Positions 8,808-18,844 of a DNA stretch of 63,342 bases are shown in pieces. Where the stretch lies: assembly GCA_018334755.1 (NCBI GenBank), contig JAGXLI010000003.1, positions 1-63,342 on the forward strand. Reading direction: 5' to 3'. Position numbers and translations under genes: made by a program. The notes beneath the pieces were generated by a model, which worked only from the letters and a program-made list of their open reading frames with translations, was not told the DNA's origin and did no database searches. Within the stretch, counting starts at the first letter, position 1. Each line of letters begins with the position of its first letter. Source of the stretch: Thermoplasmatota archaeon (GTDB lineage: Archaea > Thermoplasmatota > Thermoplasmata > Halarchaeoplasmatales > Halarchaeoplasmataceae).

Positions 8808-10712
8808 TTACTTTTCTAGGCCTTCTTCTTCTATCGCCTCTTCTATAGTACCTAAAGCTTCCTCGTCCGCGATGGTTGAAGGTACGTTGTACTCTTCACC
8901 GTCGGCGATCTTCTTCATGGTCCCTCTCAGTGTCTTACCAGATCGTGTCTTAGGCAGCTCGTCGACTATCAGCGCCTTCTTGAAAGACGCTATTGGACCT
9001 ACTTCATCTCTGACTATCTGTATCACTTTTGATTTTATTTCTTCATGATCTTGCTCGACACCCGACTTCAAGACCAAGAAACCCATTGGGACTTCGCCTT
9101 TCAACTCGTCATTGATACCGACTACTGCACACTCGGCGACGGCAGGATGCTTCGCGACGGCTTCTTCCATACTCCCTGTAGAGAGTCTATGTCCGGCTAC
9201 ATTGATGACGTTATCAACTCGTCCCATGATAGATATATAGCCGTCCTCGTCGACGAATCCTGCGTCCCCGGTAAAATAATAGCCCGGGAAGGGATCCATA
9301 TATTCCTGCTTGAATTTTTCTTTGTTGTTCCATAAAGTTATGAAAGTTCCTGGAGGTAAGGGAAGTTTTATAGCAATTACGCCTGTCTCGCCTGGGGGCA
9401 GTTCCTCTCCAGTCTGGGGATCTAATATCTGAAGGTCATATCCTGGCATGGGTTTGGTAGCTGAGCCCGGTTTGATGGGGAACTGCTCTAATCCCCTGAA
9501 GTTCCCGACGATGGGCCATCCAGTCTCCGTCTGCCACCAGTGGTCGATAACCGGGACTTGCAGCAGATCGGAAACCCAGTGATAGGTATCGGGATCGGTC
9601 CTTTCACCCGCTAGAAAGAGCGAATCCAAACCAGAAACGTCGTAATCTTCAAAGTACTCCGCATCTGGATCCTCTCTCTTTACCGCCCTGATAGCAGTGG
9701 GGGCGGTGAACAACACGTCGACGTCATGTTGAGAGATCACCCGCCAAAACGCACCCGGATCGGGGGTACCAACAGGTTTACCTTCATACATGACGGTGGT
9801 AGCGCCGATCAAGAGCGGTGCATAGACGATATAAGAATGACCGACGACCCAGCCGACATCCGAAGCGGCCCAGTAAACGTCCCCGGGTTCTATCCCGTAA
9901 ACATTTCTCATAGACCATTTGAGAGCTACAGAATGCCCTCCATTGTCCCTAACGACGCCTTTGGGTTTTCCTGTGGTTCCAGAGGTATACAATACATAAA
10001 GAGGGTCATTGGCACCTACAGAGACACAGTTTGCAGGATCAGCCTCTTCTTCCAGTTCTTCCCAATCGTAGTCTCTCCCTTCTATAAGTTCGCCTTCATA
10101 TTCTGGCCTCTGTTTGATCACGCATTTCGTTGGCTTGTTCTCTGCCAGCTCTATCGCCTCGTCCAGAAGAGGTTTGTACTCTATGACTTTATCCCGTTCG
10201 ATCCCGCATGATGCAGAAAGTATCACGTCGGGCTCGGCGTCATCCACTCTGATCGCCAATTCGTTGGCTGCAAAACCACCAAAAACGACGGAGTGTACAG
10301 CACCTATACGGGCACAGGCTAACATGGACATCAAGGACTCGGGTATCATGGGCATGTATATAACTACCGTATCGCCTTTCTCGACCCCGAGCTCTCTCAG
10401 GAATCCCGCGATCTTTGAAACCCGCTCTTTCAACTCCTCGAAGCTATATTTCTCGATCGTATCGGTGACAGGGCTGTCATATATGATGGCATCTTGGTCG
10501 CCTCTGCCGTTTTCGATATGATGATCGACTGCATTATAACAGGTATTGAGCTTCCCTCCTGAGAACCATCTATAGAACGGTTTGTTAGACTCATCTAGAA
10601 CTTGATCCCATTTTTCATACCATTCTATATCTTCAGCCGCATCTGCCCAAAATGACCTAGGATTATCTATCGATTCTTCATATGCTTTTTCATACTCATC
10701 CATTTTTTTCAC
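8808..10712 (-). CDS. prpE: AMP-forming acyl-CoA synthetase, PrpE/ACSS3-like (propionate/acetate-CoA ligase)
   Basis: 634 aa. YTSGTTGKPKGVVRDNGG, ASDVGWVVGHSYIVYAPLL, FTAPTAIR, GRVDNVINVAGHRLS, PKTRSGK. The GWVVGHSYIVYAPLL block matches my memory of E. coli PrpE better than Acs. Confidence 0.85.
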   Translation of the reverse strand: MKKMDEYEKAYEESIDNPRSFWADAAEDIEWYEKWDQVLDESNKPFYRWFSGGKLNTCYNAVDHHIENGRGDQDAIIYDSPVTDTIEKYSFEELKERVSKIAGFLRELGVEKGDTVVIYMPMIPESLMSMLACARIGAVHSVVFGGFAANELAIRVDDAEPDVILSASCGIERDKVIEYKPLLDEAIELAENKPTKCVIKQRPEYEGELIEGRDYDWEELEEEADPANCVSVGANDPLYVLYTSGTTGKPKGVVRDNGGHSVALKWSMRNVYGIEPGDVYWAASDVGWVVGHSYIVYAPLLIGATTVMYEGKPVGTPDPGAFWRVISQHDVDVLFTAPTAIRAVKREDPDAEYFEDYDVSGLDSLFLAGERTDPDTYHWVSDLLQVPVIDHWWQTETGWPIVGNFRGLEQFPIKPGSATKPMPGYDLQILDPQTGEELPPGETGVIAIKLPLPPGTFITLWNNKEKFKQEYMDPFPGYYFTGDAGFVDEDGYISIMGRVDNVINVAGHRLSTGSMEEAVAKHPAVAECAVVGINDELKGEVPMGFLVLKSGVEQDHEEIKSKVIQIVRDEVGPIASFKKALIVDELPKTRSGKTLRGTMKKIADGEEYNVPSTIADEEALGTIEEAIEEEGLEK

Positions 10713-10894
10713 CTTTTCGTTCTTCTAAATTTTATCCAACTAATCCAATTTGTTTTTTATGTAAAACCGCTTTCAAATTATGAAAGATAGATTTAAACTC
10801 TTCGATTTGATGAATTTTCTTGAATAGAAGTGGATAGAACATTTTTTGAAATTAGCCGATCACTTGTTCATATATAAGATTTATACTATTTGTT

Positions 10895-12373
10895 CTACTC
10901 TTCATCTATCCCCTGGGTGATCTCTTTCAATTTTTCTCCGTCCTCATCATAGATATTGACCTTCAAGGGGGTCTCGCCCATCGCAGAATGAGTCGCACAG
11001 GCCAAGCAGGGATCGTAAGCTCTGAACGCTCTCTCCACTCTGTTGAGCATGCCCTCTTCGATATTCCCGCCGTCTATGTATTTTTTAGCGGCGTCTCTCA
11101 CGCTCATCGAGATGACCGAAGCGTTGTGATTGGTCGCCACTATGAGGTTGGCGTTCTCTATCAGACCGTCTTCGTCAAGATCGTAGTCGTGTATCAAAGT
11201 CCCACGCGCAGCTTCGACTATCCCGATGCCGCTGCCTGGCTCGCCCGGTTCGTTCCTTATGTTGTCGCTTTCCAGATCTTCGTCCTGTGCCAGATTTTCC
11301 AGCAGTTCGGCCGCCTGCAGAACTTCAATCAACCTGGCCCAGTGATAGGCAAGAGTGGAATGAACGGGGTAACCCAACGTATCGAACATCTCTTCATATT
11401 CCTCCTGGGCTAATTCCGTTTTCATCCCCTCGGCGGTATTGATCCTGCCGAGAGTTCCGACACGATACACACCTGAATCTTCACCATCTTCGAATCCTTC
11501 CCAACCGATCTCCTTGAGGTAAGGGAACTTCATATAACTCCAGGATTCTGTATGTTCTCTTATAACATCGGTATAATCGGCACCGGTAAACGAAGCGAAA
11601 TTGTCTCCATCGGGATCGACCACGTTTACTTCGCCTCCGGTATGGCTCAATTCGCCGTCTTCGGTCAGCCCCATGCTGTAAGTCTCCAACCGGTCCTCCT
11701 TTATGACGTCTTCATACTTCGCTAGAACTTCGTCTTTGAACAGGTCCAGAGTGAATTGAGCGAAATCAACCATATCACCGCTCAATTCTTTCAATTCTTC
11801 TCTCTCCTCTGAACTCAGTGACTTCGTGACACCTCCCGGTAGACCGAAAGCCGGATGTACCGATTTTCCAGCAAGCATCCGGACTATCTTTTGGCCTTTA
11901 CCTCTCTGTCGGATGACTTTCTTTCCTATCTCTTCTCCGACTTCACCGATCACCCCTAAGATGTTCCGTTCCTCCCTAGGTGCGTCGACGCCGACCAAAA
12001 AGTCGGGGCTGGCTAAATAGTAAAAGTGTAATATATGATCGGCGAAGATGTATGCGTTGTAGAAAAGTTCTCTTAACTTCTTAGCGGGCTCCGGCGGTTC
12101 TACATCATAAGCGTCGTCGAGAGCTTTAGAAGCCGCAAGGTGATGAGCTTCGGGGCAGACTCCACATATCCTGTTGGTTATGTTCGGCATATCTTCTGCC
12201 CTTCTACCTTCGCAGAACTTCTCGAATCCTTTGTATTCCGGGACCTGTAGGTAGGCGTTCTTAACCTCTTCATCGTCATCCAAAAATATCTCTATCTTGC
12301 CGTGACCCTCTAAACGAGTTATGGGGTCTATCGATATCTTATTCTCGTTTTTATCAACTTTTTCTTCACTCAT
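10895..12373 (-). CDS. mvhA: [NiFe] hydrogenase large subunit, F420-non-reducing type (MvhA)
   Basis: RLEGHGKIEI, N-terminal RICGVCPEAH and C-terminal DPCLACATHS Ni-Fe ligands followed by a cleavable extension. ATG 12373 overlaps the mvhG stop by 8 nt (ATGAGTGA). Confidence 0.9.
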   Translation of the reverse strand: MSEEKVDKNENKISIDPITRLEGHGKIEIFLDDDEEVKNAYLQVPEYKGFEKFCEGRRAEDMPNITNRICGVCPEAHHLAASKALDDAYDVEPPEPAKKLRELFYNAYIFADHILHFYYLASPDFLVGVDAPREERNILGVIGEVGEEIGKKVIRQRGKGQKIVRMLAGKSVHPAFGLPGGVTKSLSSEEREELKELSGDMVDFAQFTLDLFKDEVLAKYEDVIKEDRLETYSMGLTEDGELSHTGGEVNVVDPDGDNFASFTGADYTDVIREHTESWSYMKFPYLKEIGWEGFEDGEDSGVYRVGTLGRINTAEGMKTELAQEEYEEMFDTLGYPVHSTLAYHWARLIEVLQAAELLENLAQDEDLESDNIRNEPGEPGSGIGIVEAARGTLIHDYDLDEDGLIENANLIVATNHNASVISMSVRDAAKKYIDGGNIEEGMLNRVERAFRAYDPCLACATHSAMGETPLKVNIYDEDGEKLKEITQGIDEE

Positions 12374-13343
12374 CGATATCATCTCTCCTGAACTGCATTA
12401 TACTGCTGGGCAGACTGAACATGTAGAAAGAACCCGTAGGATCTCTAACGCTGTTCATCGTCTCCATCACTTCCTCCTCGGTCTTATTCTCTTCTCCTTC
12501 TATCCCCATGACAGAGGCCAGAGCTGAAGCCATCCTGCTTCCCTGGTCCTCTACGCCCTTGACCGGGCCGTTACAGCCGACGCACGGATGACCCACTTCT
12601 GTACAGGGCGCTTCGCACATCCCCGCAGTGGCGGGGCCCATGCAAAGTATCCCTTGGTCCAATAAACATTCGTCTGGGTCTATGTCGGTCGCCTCCTGTA
12701 TAGGGATCAATCTCTCTATCTCTTTCTCTTCCCTCTCCATAGGACACGGGTCACAGACGCTCTTGTCCGTAATCAGGTCCCTTTCTTCCACTTCGATCTC
12801 ATCATCCAAAAGGGCTGGAAGAGCATCTTCGAGTTGGGTCGGCAGAGGCGGACAGCCAGGAAGATAGTATTCGACATCTATATGTTCATCGAGGGGTTTA
12901 ATATGGTCTAGCATCTCCGCTAATTCGAGTTCCCCTTCTTCGACTTCCGTTATCTTCTGCGGGAACGGACCCTGGTCCGTGGTTTTGTTAGTATAACCTT
13001 TCTCCAGTAGTTCATCCTTACTGGAAAGATTGCCCAGGCCGAAAACCCCTCCGTTGCATGCGCAGGAACCGTAGGAGACAACTTCTTTTGTTTTCTCTCT
13101 CAGTAACTCGACCATCTCCTTGTTCTCGTCAAGCCTTATAGCTCCATTTATGAACATGATGTCTATCTCGTTTTCATCCATGGCCTTTACGTCTTCGTAC
13201 TTGGGATCCATCGCACAGGGCCAAAAGACTATCTCGGCCTGCTCCGCTACATCCAGCAGCATCTCGTCTATATCCAATATACTGACCTGGCATCCTCCGC
13301 AGGACCCAGTCCAGTAAAAGCCTATCTTCTTCTTTTCACTCAT
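12366..13343 (-). CDS. mvhG: [NiFe] hydrogenase small subunit (MvhG)
   Basis: KKKIGFYWTGSCGGCQVSILD and C-terminal Cys clusters (CMGPATAGMCEAPC.. GHPCVGCNGP). ATG 13343 overlaps the mvhD stop by 8 nt. Confidence 0.9.
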   Translation of the reverse strand: MSEKKKIGFYWTGSCGGCQVSILDIDEMLLDVAEQAEIVFWPCAMDPKYEDVKAMDENEIDIMFINGAIRLDENKEMVELLREKTKEVVSYGSCACNGGVFGLGNLSSKDELLEKGYTNKTTDQGPFPQKITEVEEGELELAEMLDHIKPLDEHIDVEYYLPGCPPLPTQLEDALPALLDDEIEVEERDLITDKSVCDPCPMEREEKEIERLIPIQEATDIDPDECLLDQGILCMGPATAGMCEAPCTEVGHPCVGCNGPVKGVEDQGSRMASALASVMGIEGEENKTEEEVMETMNSVRDPTGSFYMFSLPSSIMQFRRDDIDE

Positions 13344-13779
13344 CGGTATCGTCCTCCAGTGAAGTACCGTCAAGATTTAGGGGGCCTATTTCCTTGACCT
13401 CCTCTGTCATCTCTTCCATGACCCTTGCAAATTTACCGCCTTCAGCCGAAGAGATCCATTCCAACCTCAACCTCGTTGGCTTGATACCGAAATCTTCCAT
13501 GATCTTCTTCATCAGGTCCGCTTTTCTTATCGTTTTATAATTACCGTTGATATAGTGGCAGTCCCCGGGATGGCACCCCGCGATCAATACTCCGTCAGCT
13601 CCTTTCTTGAACGATCTTAAGACGTGTTCGGGAGAAACCCTCGAGGAACACATGACTTTGATATTCAATATGTTAGCAGGATACTGTTCTCGGCTCACAC
13701 CGGCCAGGTCAGCACCGGCGTAACTGCACCAGTTGCAAAGGAAGGCTATTATTTTTGGTTCGAAGTCTTCGTCACTCAT
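13336..13779 (-). CDS. mvhD: Methyl-viologen-reducing hydrogenase delta subunit (MvhD)
   Basis: 147 aa. KIIAFLCNWCSYAGADLAG ... VMCSSRV ... AGCHPGDCHY signature. Confidence 0.9.
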   Translation of the reverse strand: MSDEDFEPKIIAFLCNWCSYAGADLAGVSREQYPANILNIKVMCSSRVSPEHVLRSFKKGADGVLIAGCHPGDCHYINGNYKTIRKADLMKKIMEDFGIKPTRLRLEWISSAEGGKFARVMEEMTEEVKEIGPLNLDGTSLEDDTDE

Positions 13780-13780
13780 C

Positions 13781-15751
13781 TTATCCCTCCTCCTCGGTCA
13801 GCCCCGCATCTATCATCGCTTCTAACATCTCATCTTTGAAGCCTTTATGCTCGATAGCCCCGGTCGGACATAGAGATGCGCAGGAGCCGCATCCCATACA
13901 TAGGACATCGGTTATCTCCGCGACCTCGTCTTCTTCATTGTATTCGATAGCGTCGTAGGGGCACACCGAAATACACATCTTACACCCGCTGCAGATATCA
14001 TCATCGATACTAGCTATGGTGGCTTCTGATTGTAATTTATCTTTAGATAAAATGGTAGAAGCTTTTGCGGCGGCTCCAGAAGCCTGAGATACCGAGTCGG
14101 GGATATCTTTCGGGCCTTGACAGCACCCTGCGATGAATATGCCGTTCGTGAAAGTATCCATAGGCCGCAACTTGGGATGTGCCTCCTGCAGAAAGCCGTC
14201 ACTAGACCGGGTGATGCGTAACTGTCTAGACAGTTCCTCAGTCCCCTCGCTCGGAAGCAGTGCAGGGACCAAAACGACAAGATCGGATTCCACCTGAAGG
14301 AGCTTATCCATGGTCGTATCGAAGACGTTAAGTTCTACCTTTTCTTCTTGAACGTTCACTTCCGAGGGCCTACCGCGTACGAAGTTGACATCTAAATCTC
14401 TCGTTCTCCTGTAGAACTCTTCATAGCCCTTTCCGAAGGAGCGGATATCGGTATAGCAGATGTTTATGTCCACGTCTTCGTCCAGATGGTCTCTCAATAG
14501 ATGTACATGCTTCAAGGCGCCCATACACCCTATCCTGCAGCAGTAAGATTGTAATTCTTCGTCTCTAGAACCGACGCAGAGGATGAAGGTCACGCTCTCC
14601 ACGTCTTCTCCATCCGATAATCTGTGTATCTCACCATCGGTCGGTCCCGAAGCATCTATTATCCTCTCCAATTCTAAATTCGTGATTATATCCTTAGACT
14701 TTCCATAACCGTACTCGTAAATTTTCTCAGGATCCATGAGATCGTAGCCGGTTGCTACGATTATAGAGCCCACGTTCAATTCTACGATCTCATCCTCGTC
14801 ATCAAGATCTATAGCGTCGAGCTCGCAGACTTCTCTACAGGATGTGCAGGTACCATCATATTCTAGAGAAATACAAACTTCGGAGTCGATGGTATAAGCG
14901 GCGGGAACCGCTTGGGGAAACGGAGTATATATCGCCCCTCTATTGTCCAATCCTTCGTTGAACTCGTCTTCGACGTTCCCACTCCTCCTACATGCTTCTG
15001 CACAATCTCCACATGCGGTACACTTGTCCCAGTCGACATAAGTGGCCTTCTTCTTCACTTTCACCTCAAAGTCCCCAACGCTGCCATCCACCTCTTCGAC
15101 CTCGGAATAAGTCAATAATTCGATATTCGGATTACGAGCTACGTCGGTCATCTTCGGAGTCAAGATACAGGAGGAACAGTCTAGAGTAGGAAAAGTTTTG
15201 TCCAACTGAGCCATCTTTCCGCCTATACTGGGTTCTCGTTCGACCAAGTAGACTTTTTTACCCTGGTCGGCCAGGTCCAGCGCGGACTGGATACCGGCGA
15301 TCCCTCCACCGATCACCAATGCATCTGAATTGACATCTACCTCGGTCTTCTCAAGGTCTTCAGATAAACGAGACTTCTCTACGCTCATCTCTACCAAGTG
15401 TTTTGCCTTCTCCGTGGCTTTTTCCATATCGTCGCTGTGGACCCAAGAGCATTGTTCCCTAATATTGGCCATCTGGAAGCGATAGGGATTTAAACCAGCG
15501 TCCTCAACGACCGCTTGGAATGTCTCTTCGTGCATCCTGGGAGAACAGGCCGCAACGACCACCGAGTCCAGATCCTGCTCTTCGACACTATCTTTGATCA
15601 GTTCTTGACCGGGGTCGGAACACATATATTTGTAATTAGTGGCAAAGGTCACTCCATTCAGATCTGAAGCGTATTCCGTCAGTTCATCCACATCCACAGT
15701 TCCGGCGATGTTGCTTCCACAGTGACATATAAAGACTCCTATCCCTGACAT
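13781..15751 (-). CDS. hdrA: Heterodisulfide reductase subunit A (HdrA)
   Basis: 656 aa. IGVFICHCGSNIAG, FAD fold ALVIGGGIAGIQSALDLA, inserted and C-terminal 2x[4Fe-4S] ferredoxin motifs (CTACGDCAEAC; CSGCKMCISVCP; CMGCGSCASLCP). Confidence 0.93.
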   Translation of the reverse strand: MSGIGVFICHCGSNIAGTVDVDELTEYASDLNGVTFATNYKYMCSDPGQELIKDSVEEQDLDSVVVAACSPRMHEETFQAVVEDAGLNPYRFQMANIREQCSWVHSDDMEKATEKAKHLVEMSVEKSRLSEDLEKTEVDVNSDALVIGGGIAGIQSALDLADQGKKVYLVEREPSIGGKMAQLDKTFPTLDCSSCILTPKMTDVARNPNIELLTYSEVEEVDGSVGDFEVKVKKKATYVDWDKCTACGDCAEACRRSGNVEDEFNEGLDNRGAIYTPFPQAVPAAYTIDSEVCISLEYDGTCTSCREVCELDAIDLDDEDEIVELNVGSIIVATGYDLMDPEKIYEYGYGKSKDIITNLELERIIDASGPTDGEIHRLSDGEDVESVTFILCVGSRDEELQSYCCRIGCMGALKHVHLLRDHLDEDVDINICYTDIRSFGKGYEEFYRRTRDLDVNFVRGRPSEVNVQEEKVELNVFDTTMDKLLQVESDLVVLVPALLPSEGTEELSRQLRITRSSDGFLQEAHPKLRPMDTFTNGIFIAGCCQGPKDIPDSVSQASGAAAKASTILSKDKLQSEATIASIDDDICSGCKMCISVCPYDAIEYNEEDEVAEITDVLCMGCGSCASLCPTGAIEHKGFKDEMLEAMIDAGLTEEEG

Positions 15752-15752
15752 A

Positions 15753-16640
15753 TCATTCCGCCTCCTCGATACTCTCGATGGCTTCTAAGTTATCTACGGG
15801 ACTCAGATTTAATTCCAGTCCTAATCTAGATTGCTCGATGCCCATCGCGACCCCCAATAGTTGGATATAATACATCACCGGTAGATCCAAAGATTCACCG
15901 ATCGTATCTGCGGCGCTATCCTGTTTAGAATCTAACATCCTATGACCCCACGGACAGATGGTTGATAGACCGTCGAAGCCTTGATCCTGCACCGCTTCAA
16001 TTTTTTCCCCCGCCTTCGTAAGGGCCGATTCATTGTGATCCGAAATGACCTGACCTCCGCAGCAGTCTAGTTTCTCTGGATAATCTTCGGTTCCTATCCC
16101 GATTGTCTCCATAAGCTCTTCCAATTTCTGGGGATTCTCGGAATCGTCAGGTCTATCCAGATCGTTAGGTCTGATCGTATTACAGCCGTAATGAGCGGCA
16201 AAAGTAAGATCATCAAGAGGTTCTTCCACCTGATCTTCTATCTCGTCTAAACCGATCTCGTCGTGCAGTAGATCCAGTGTATGATATAGTTCCGTACTCC
16301 CCTCGTATTGTAAGTCCTCTTCCTCCAGCTTAGAGTTTATCTTGTCTTTCAGCTCCGGATTTTCTTCCAGACTCTCCTTCGCCTCTGTCAAACCCAGATG
16401 ACAGATCGGGCACGGCGCGTAGAGGTCTATACCCTTCTTCTCACAGAGCGCCATGTTCCTCGCGGAAAGGTACATAGTCGTGAACATATTGACATTCCGA
16501 AGAGGGGCTCCACAGCAGGTAGATTCCTCTAGATCTACCAACTCTATATCGAATTTTGGGAGCACTTCTCTGATCGACATCTCATAGCCGTACTGTTCTG
16601 TCGGGATAACACATCCAAGATAAAGGCCGAGTTCCTTCAT
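15753..16640 (-). CDS. hdrB: Heterodisulfide reductase subunit B (HdrB)
   Basis: Two CCG domains (ESTCCGAPL; KLDCCGGQ). ATG 16640 preceded by GGTGA, 5 nt after the hdrC stop. Confidence 0.9.
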   Translation of the reverse strand: MKELGLYLGCVIPTEQYGYEMSIREVLPKFDIELVDLEESTCCGAPLRNVNMFTTMYLSARNMALCEKKGIDLYAPCPICHLGLTEAKESLEENPELKDKINSKLEEEDLQYEGSTELYHTLDLLHDEIGLDEIEDQVEEPLDDLTFAAHYGCNTIRPNDLDRPDDSENPQKLEELMETIGIGTEDYPEKLDCCGGQVISDHNESALTKAGEKIEAVQDQGFDGLSTICPWGHRMLDSKQDSAADTIGESLDLPVMYYIQLLGVAMGIEQSRLGLELNLSPVDNLEAIESIEEAE

Positions 16641-16645
16641 AATAA

Positions 16646-17191
16646 TCACCTCAGTTTCTCCTGAGTCGCTTTCATCAATATCTGTTGGACTTTATCCATA
16701 TCTTCAGGTTCAGGTACTGGGGGTAGATCAAGGTCTTCCCTTTTTCTGGTTTCGTTAGCCCGGTTCAGAACCTCTTTAGGTTGCTGGATCAGACCGTTTC
16801 CGAGCACCGACTGCAGCATCTTCTGATAGCCGCTGGGTATCTCTTTTCCCGCGGCCACGGCAAGGTTCTTCAGGGCAAAAATTACCCGGACCGGGGAAAG
16901 GTCCTGCGGGCATCTTTCTTGGCATTTGAAACACTGCATGCATGTCCAGATCTCGTCTGAATTCACCAGCTCGTCTATAAAACCGGCCTTAGATTTCCCC
17001 ATGATGGAATGAGGTTCCAGTTCCAGCAATATAAAGGCCTCACATCCGGAGGTACATTTACCGCACTGGTAGCAGAGGTCCGGTATATCCTCCTTTAAGC
17101 CTTCTAACGTTTCTTCTATCTTTTCCTGCTCCTCTTCATCCGGTTCTGCCATCGAGGTTAAGTCTATCAAGCTCATCTTTTCACGGCTCAC
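16646..17191 (-). CDS. hdrC: Heterodisulfide reductase subunit C (HdrC)
   Basis: CYQCGKCTSGCE and CMQCFKCQERCP motifs. Possible starts are GTG 17191 (abutting the crt stop) or ATG 17176. Confidence 0.9.
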   Translation of the reverse strand: MSREKMSLIDLTSMAEPDEEEQEKIEETLEGLKEDIPDLCYQCGKCTSGCEAFILLELEPHSIMGKSKAGFIDELVNSDEIWTCMQCFKCQERCPQDLSPVRVIFALKNLAVAAGKEIPSGYQKMLQSVLGNGLIQQPKEVLNRANETRKREDLDLPPVPEPEDMDKVQQILMKATQEKLR

Positions 17192-17953
17192 TCATTCTCC
17201 TGTGAAGTCGGCCTCTCTTTTTTCAATGAATGCTTCCAAACCTTTTTCGTGGTCCTCGGTTTTGAAACATCTCTCAAACTGTTCGGATTCTATTTTTAAA
17301 CCCTCGTCAAGAGAAACTTCGATCCCCTTGTTCATCGATGATTTGGCGTATTCAAGGGCTAACGGCGCATTAGAACATATCTCTTCGGCTATCTCAAAAG
17401 AGAAATCCATAAGTTCATCTGCTTCCACTACGTGATTGGCCAGCCCTAATCTTTTAGCCTCTTCGGCATCGATATTCTTACCGGTAAATATCAATTCCTT
17501 CGCAGGACCCATGCCTATCAACCTCGCTAATCGCTGGGTCCCGCCGAATCCCGGAATGAGCCCCAGTCCCACTTCTGGTTGGCCGAACTGTGCCTTTTCG
17601 GAGGCGATGATGAAATCACAGCTCATGGCGATCTCAGTGCCCCCGCCGAGGGCGAAACCGTTAACTGCCGCTATCACCGGCTTAGGAAAATTTTCTATAC
17701 GATTCAAGACGGACTGACCTTTTTGGGAAAACTCCCTCGCTTCTTTGGGGTCCATCTCTTTCATCTGTTTGATATCGGCTCCTCCGACGAAGGCCTTACC
17801 TTTTCCCGTCATTATGACCGCTCTGCTTTCGTCGTCCTTCACTTCGTCCAACTTCTCATCTAATTCGTCCAAAAGTTCCCTACATACCGCATTTACCGGA
17901 GGATTGTTCAATTTGATTACAGTGATATGATCCTCTCTTTCTATCTCGATCAT
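17192..17953 (-). CDS. crt: Enoyl-CoA hydratase (crotonase)
   Basis: 253 aa. ALGGGTEIAMSCDFIIA ... FGQPEVGLGLIPGFGGTQRL, with both catalytic Glu present. Confidence 0.9.
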   Translation of the reverse strand: MIEIEREDHITVIKLNNPPVNAVCRELLDELDEKLDEVKDDESRAVIMTGKGKAFVGGADIKQMKEMDPKEAREFSQKGQSVLNRIENFPKPVIAAVNGFALGGGTEIAMSCDFIIASEKAQFGQPEVGLGLIPGFGGTQRLARLIGMGPAKELIFTGKNIDAEEAKRLGLANHVVEADELMDFSFEIAEEICSNAPLALEYAKSSMNKGIEVSLDEGLKIESEQFERCFKTEDHEKGLEAFIEKREADFTGE

Positions 17954-17964
17954 TTAAATCACCT

Positions 17965-18816
17965 TTAGCTGTAGTCGTAGAAGCCTTTTCCACTTTTCCT
18001 GCCCAGTTCTCCAGCTCTAACCTTCTTTTTTAGGAGGGGGCATGGTCTATACTTTGAATCGTTGAATTCCTCGTAAAGGACCTCCATTATATGGAGTACG
18101 GTATCTAGGCCGATCAAGTCACCCAATTCTAACGGGCCCATGGGATGATTCATCCCCAGCTTCATGACCTGATCTACGTCCTCGACCTCTGCAACACCGG
18201 TCTCTACACAGTAGATCGCTTCGTTGATCATCGGGATCAAAACCCGGTTGGAAACAAACCCGGGTGAATCGTTAACTTCTACCGGTTCTTTCCCCATCTC
18301 CTCGGCTAGAGAAACTATGGTATCAGTGGTTTCATCTGAGGTCGTCAAAGCTCGTATGACCTCGACTAGATCCATCTTCGGGACCGGATTCATGAAGTGC
18401 ATCCCTATGAATTTCTCTGGCCTCTCGGTGATCCCGGCCATCTTGGTTATCGGGATCGTGGAGGTGTTGGAGGCCAATATAGTATCTGGACCACACAGTT
18501 CGTCCAGCTCTTGGAACACTTCTTTCTTTATCTCGAAGTCTTCAACCACCGCCTCTATGATGAGGTCACAATCGCTCAAGTCCTCTAGTTCAAGGGTGGT
18601 CTCGATCCTCCCCAGTATCTCCTCTTTCTCTTCTTCCGAGATCCTATCTTTTTCCACTCCTTTGGACAGCGATCTCTTTATCCCCTTCATGCCGTTATCT
18701 AAAAATTCCTGTTTGATGTCTCTCATAACGACTTCGTGACTAGCTGTGGCCGAGACTTGGGCTATACCGTGACCCATCGTTCCTGCGCCGACTACTCCTA
18801 TCTTTTCTATATCCAT
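17965..18816 (-). CDS. hbd: 3-hydroxybutyryl-CoA dehydrogenase
   Basis: 283 aa. [42 protein letters not shown], typical Hbd/HADH. Confidence 0.92.
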   Translation of the reverse strand: MDIEKIGVVGAGTMGHGIAQVSATASHEVVMRDIKQEFLDNGMKGIKRSLSKGVEKDRISEEEKEEILGRIETTLELEDLSDCDLIIEAVVEDFEIKKEVFQELDELCGPDTILASNTSTIPITKMAGITERPEKFIGMHFMNPVPKMDLVEVIRALTTSDETTDTIVSLAEEMGKEPVEVNDSPGFVSNRVLIPMINEAIYCVETGVAEVEDVDQVMKLGMNHPMGPLELGDLIGLDTVLHIMEVLYEEFNDSKYRPCPLLKKKVRAGELGRKSGKGFYDYS

Positions 18817-18844
18817 CTTAACTACCTCTTTTTGTCTTCAATAT

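Noticed and set aside
9726-10521. Two plus-strand ORFs (161 and 135 aa) inside the acyl-CoA synthetase gene
   Set aside because: They are antisense shadow ORFs with S/P/F/I-rich composition. The minus-strand gene has complete adenylate-forming enzyme motifs.
18224-18739. 171-aa plus-strand ORF inside hbd
   Set aside because: Antisense shadow ORF that is serine-rich and low-complexity. The same reasoning applies to 53826-54392, 59841-60377, 42127-42630, 24334-24952 and other S/L/F-rich ORFs in the track.
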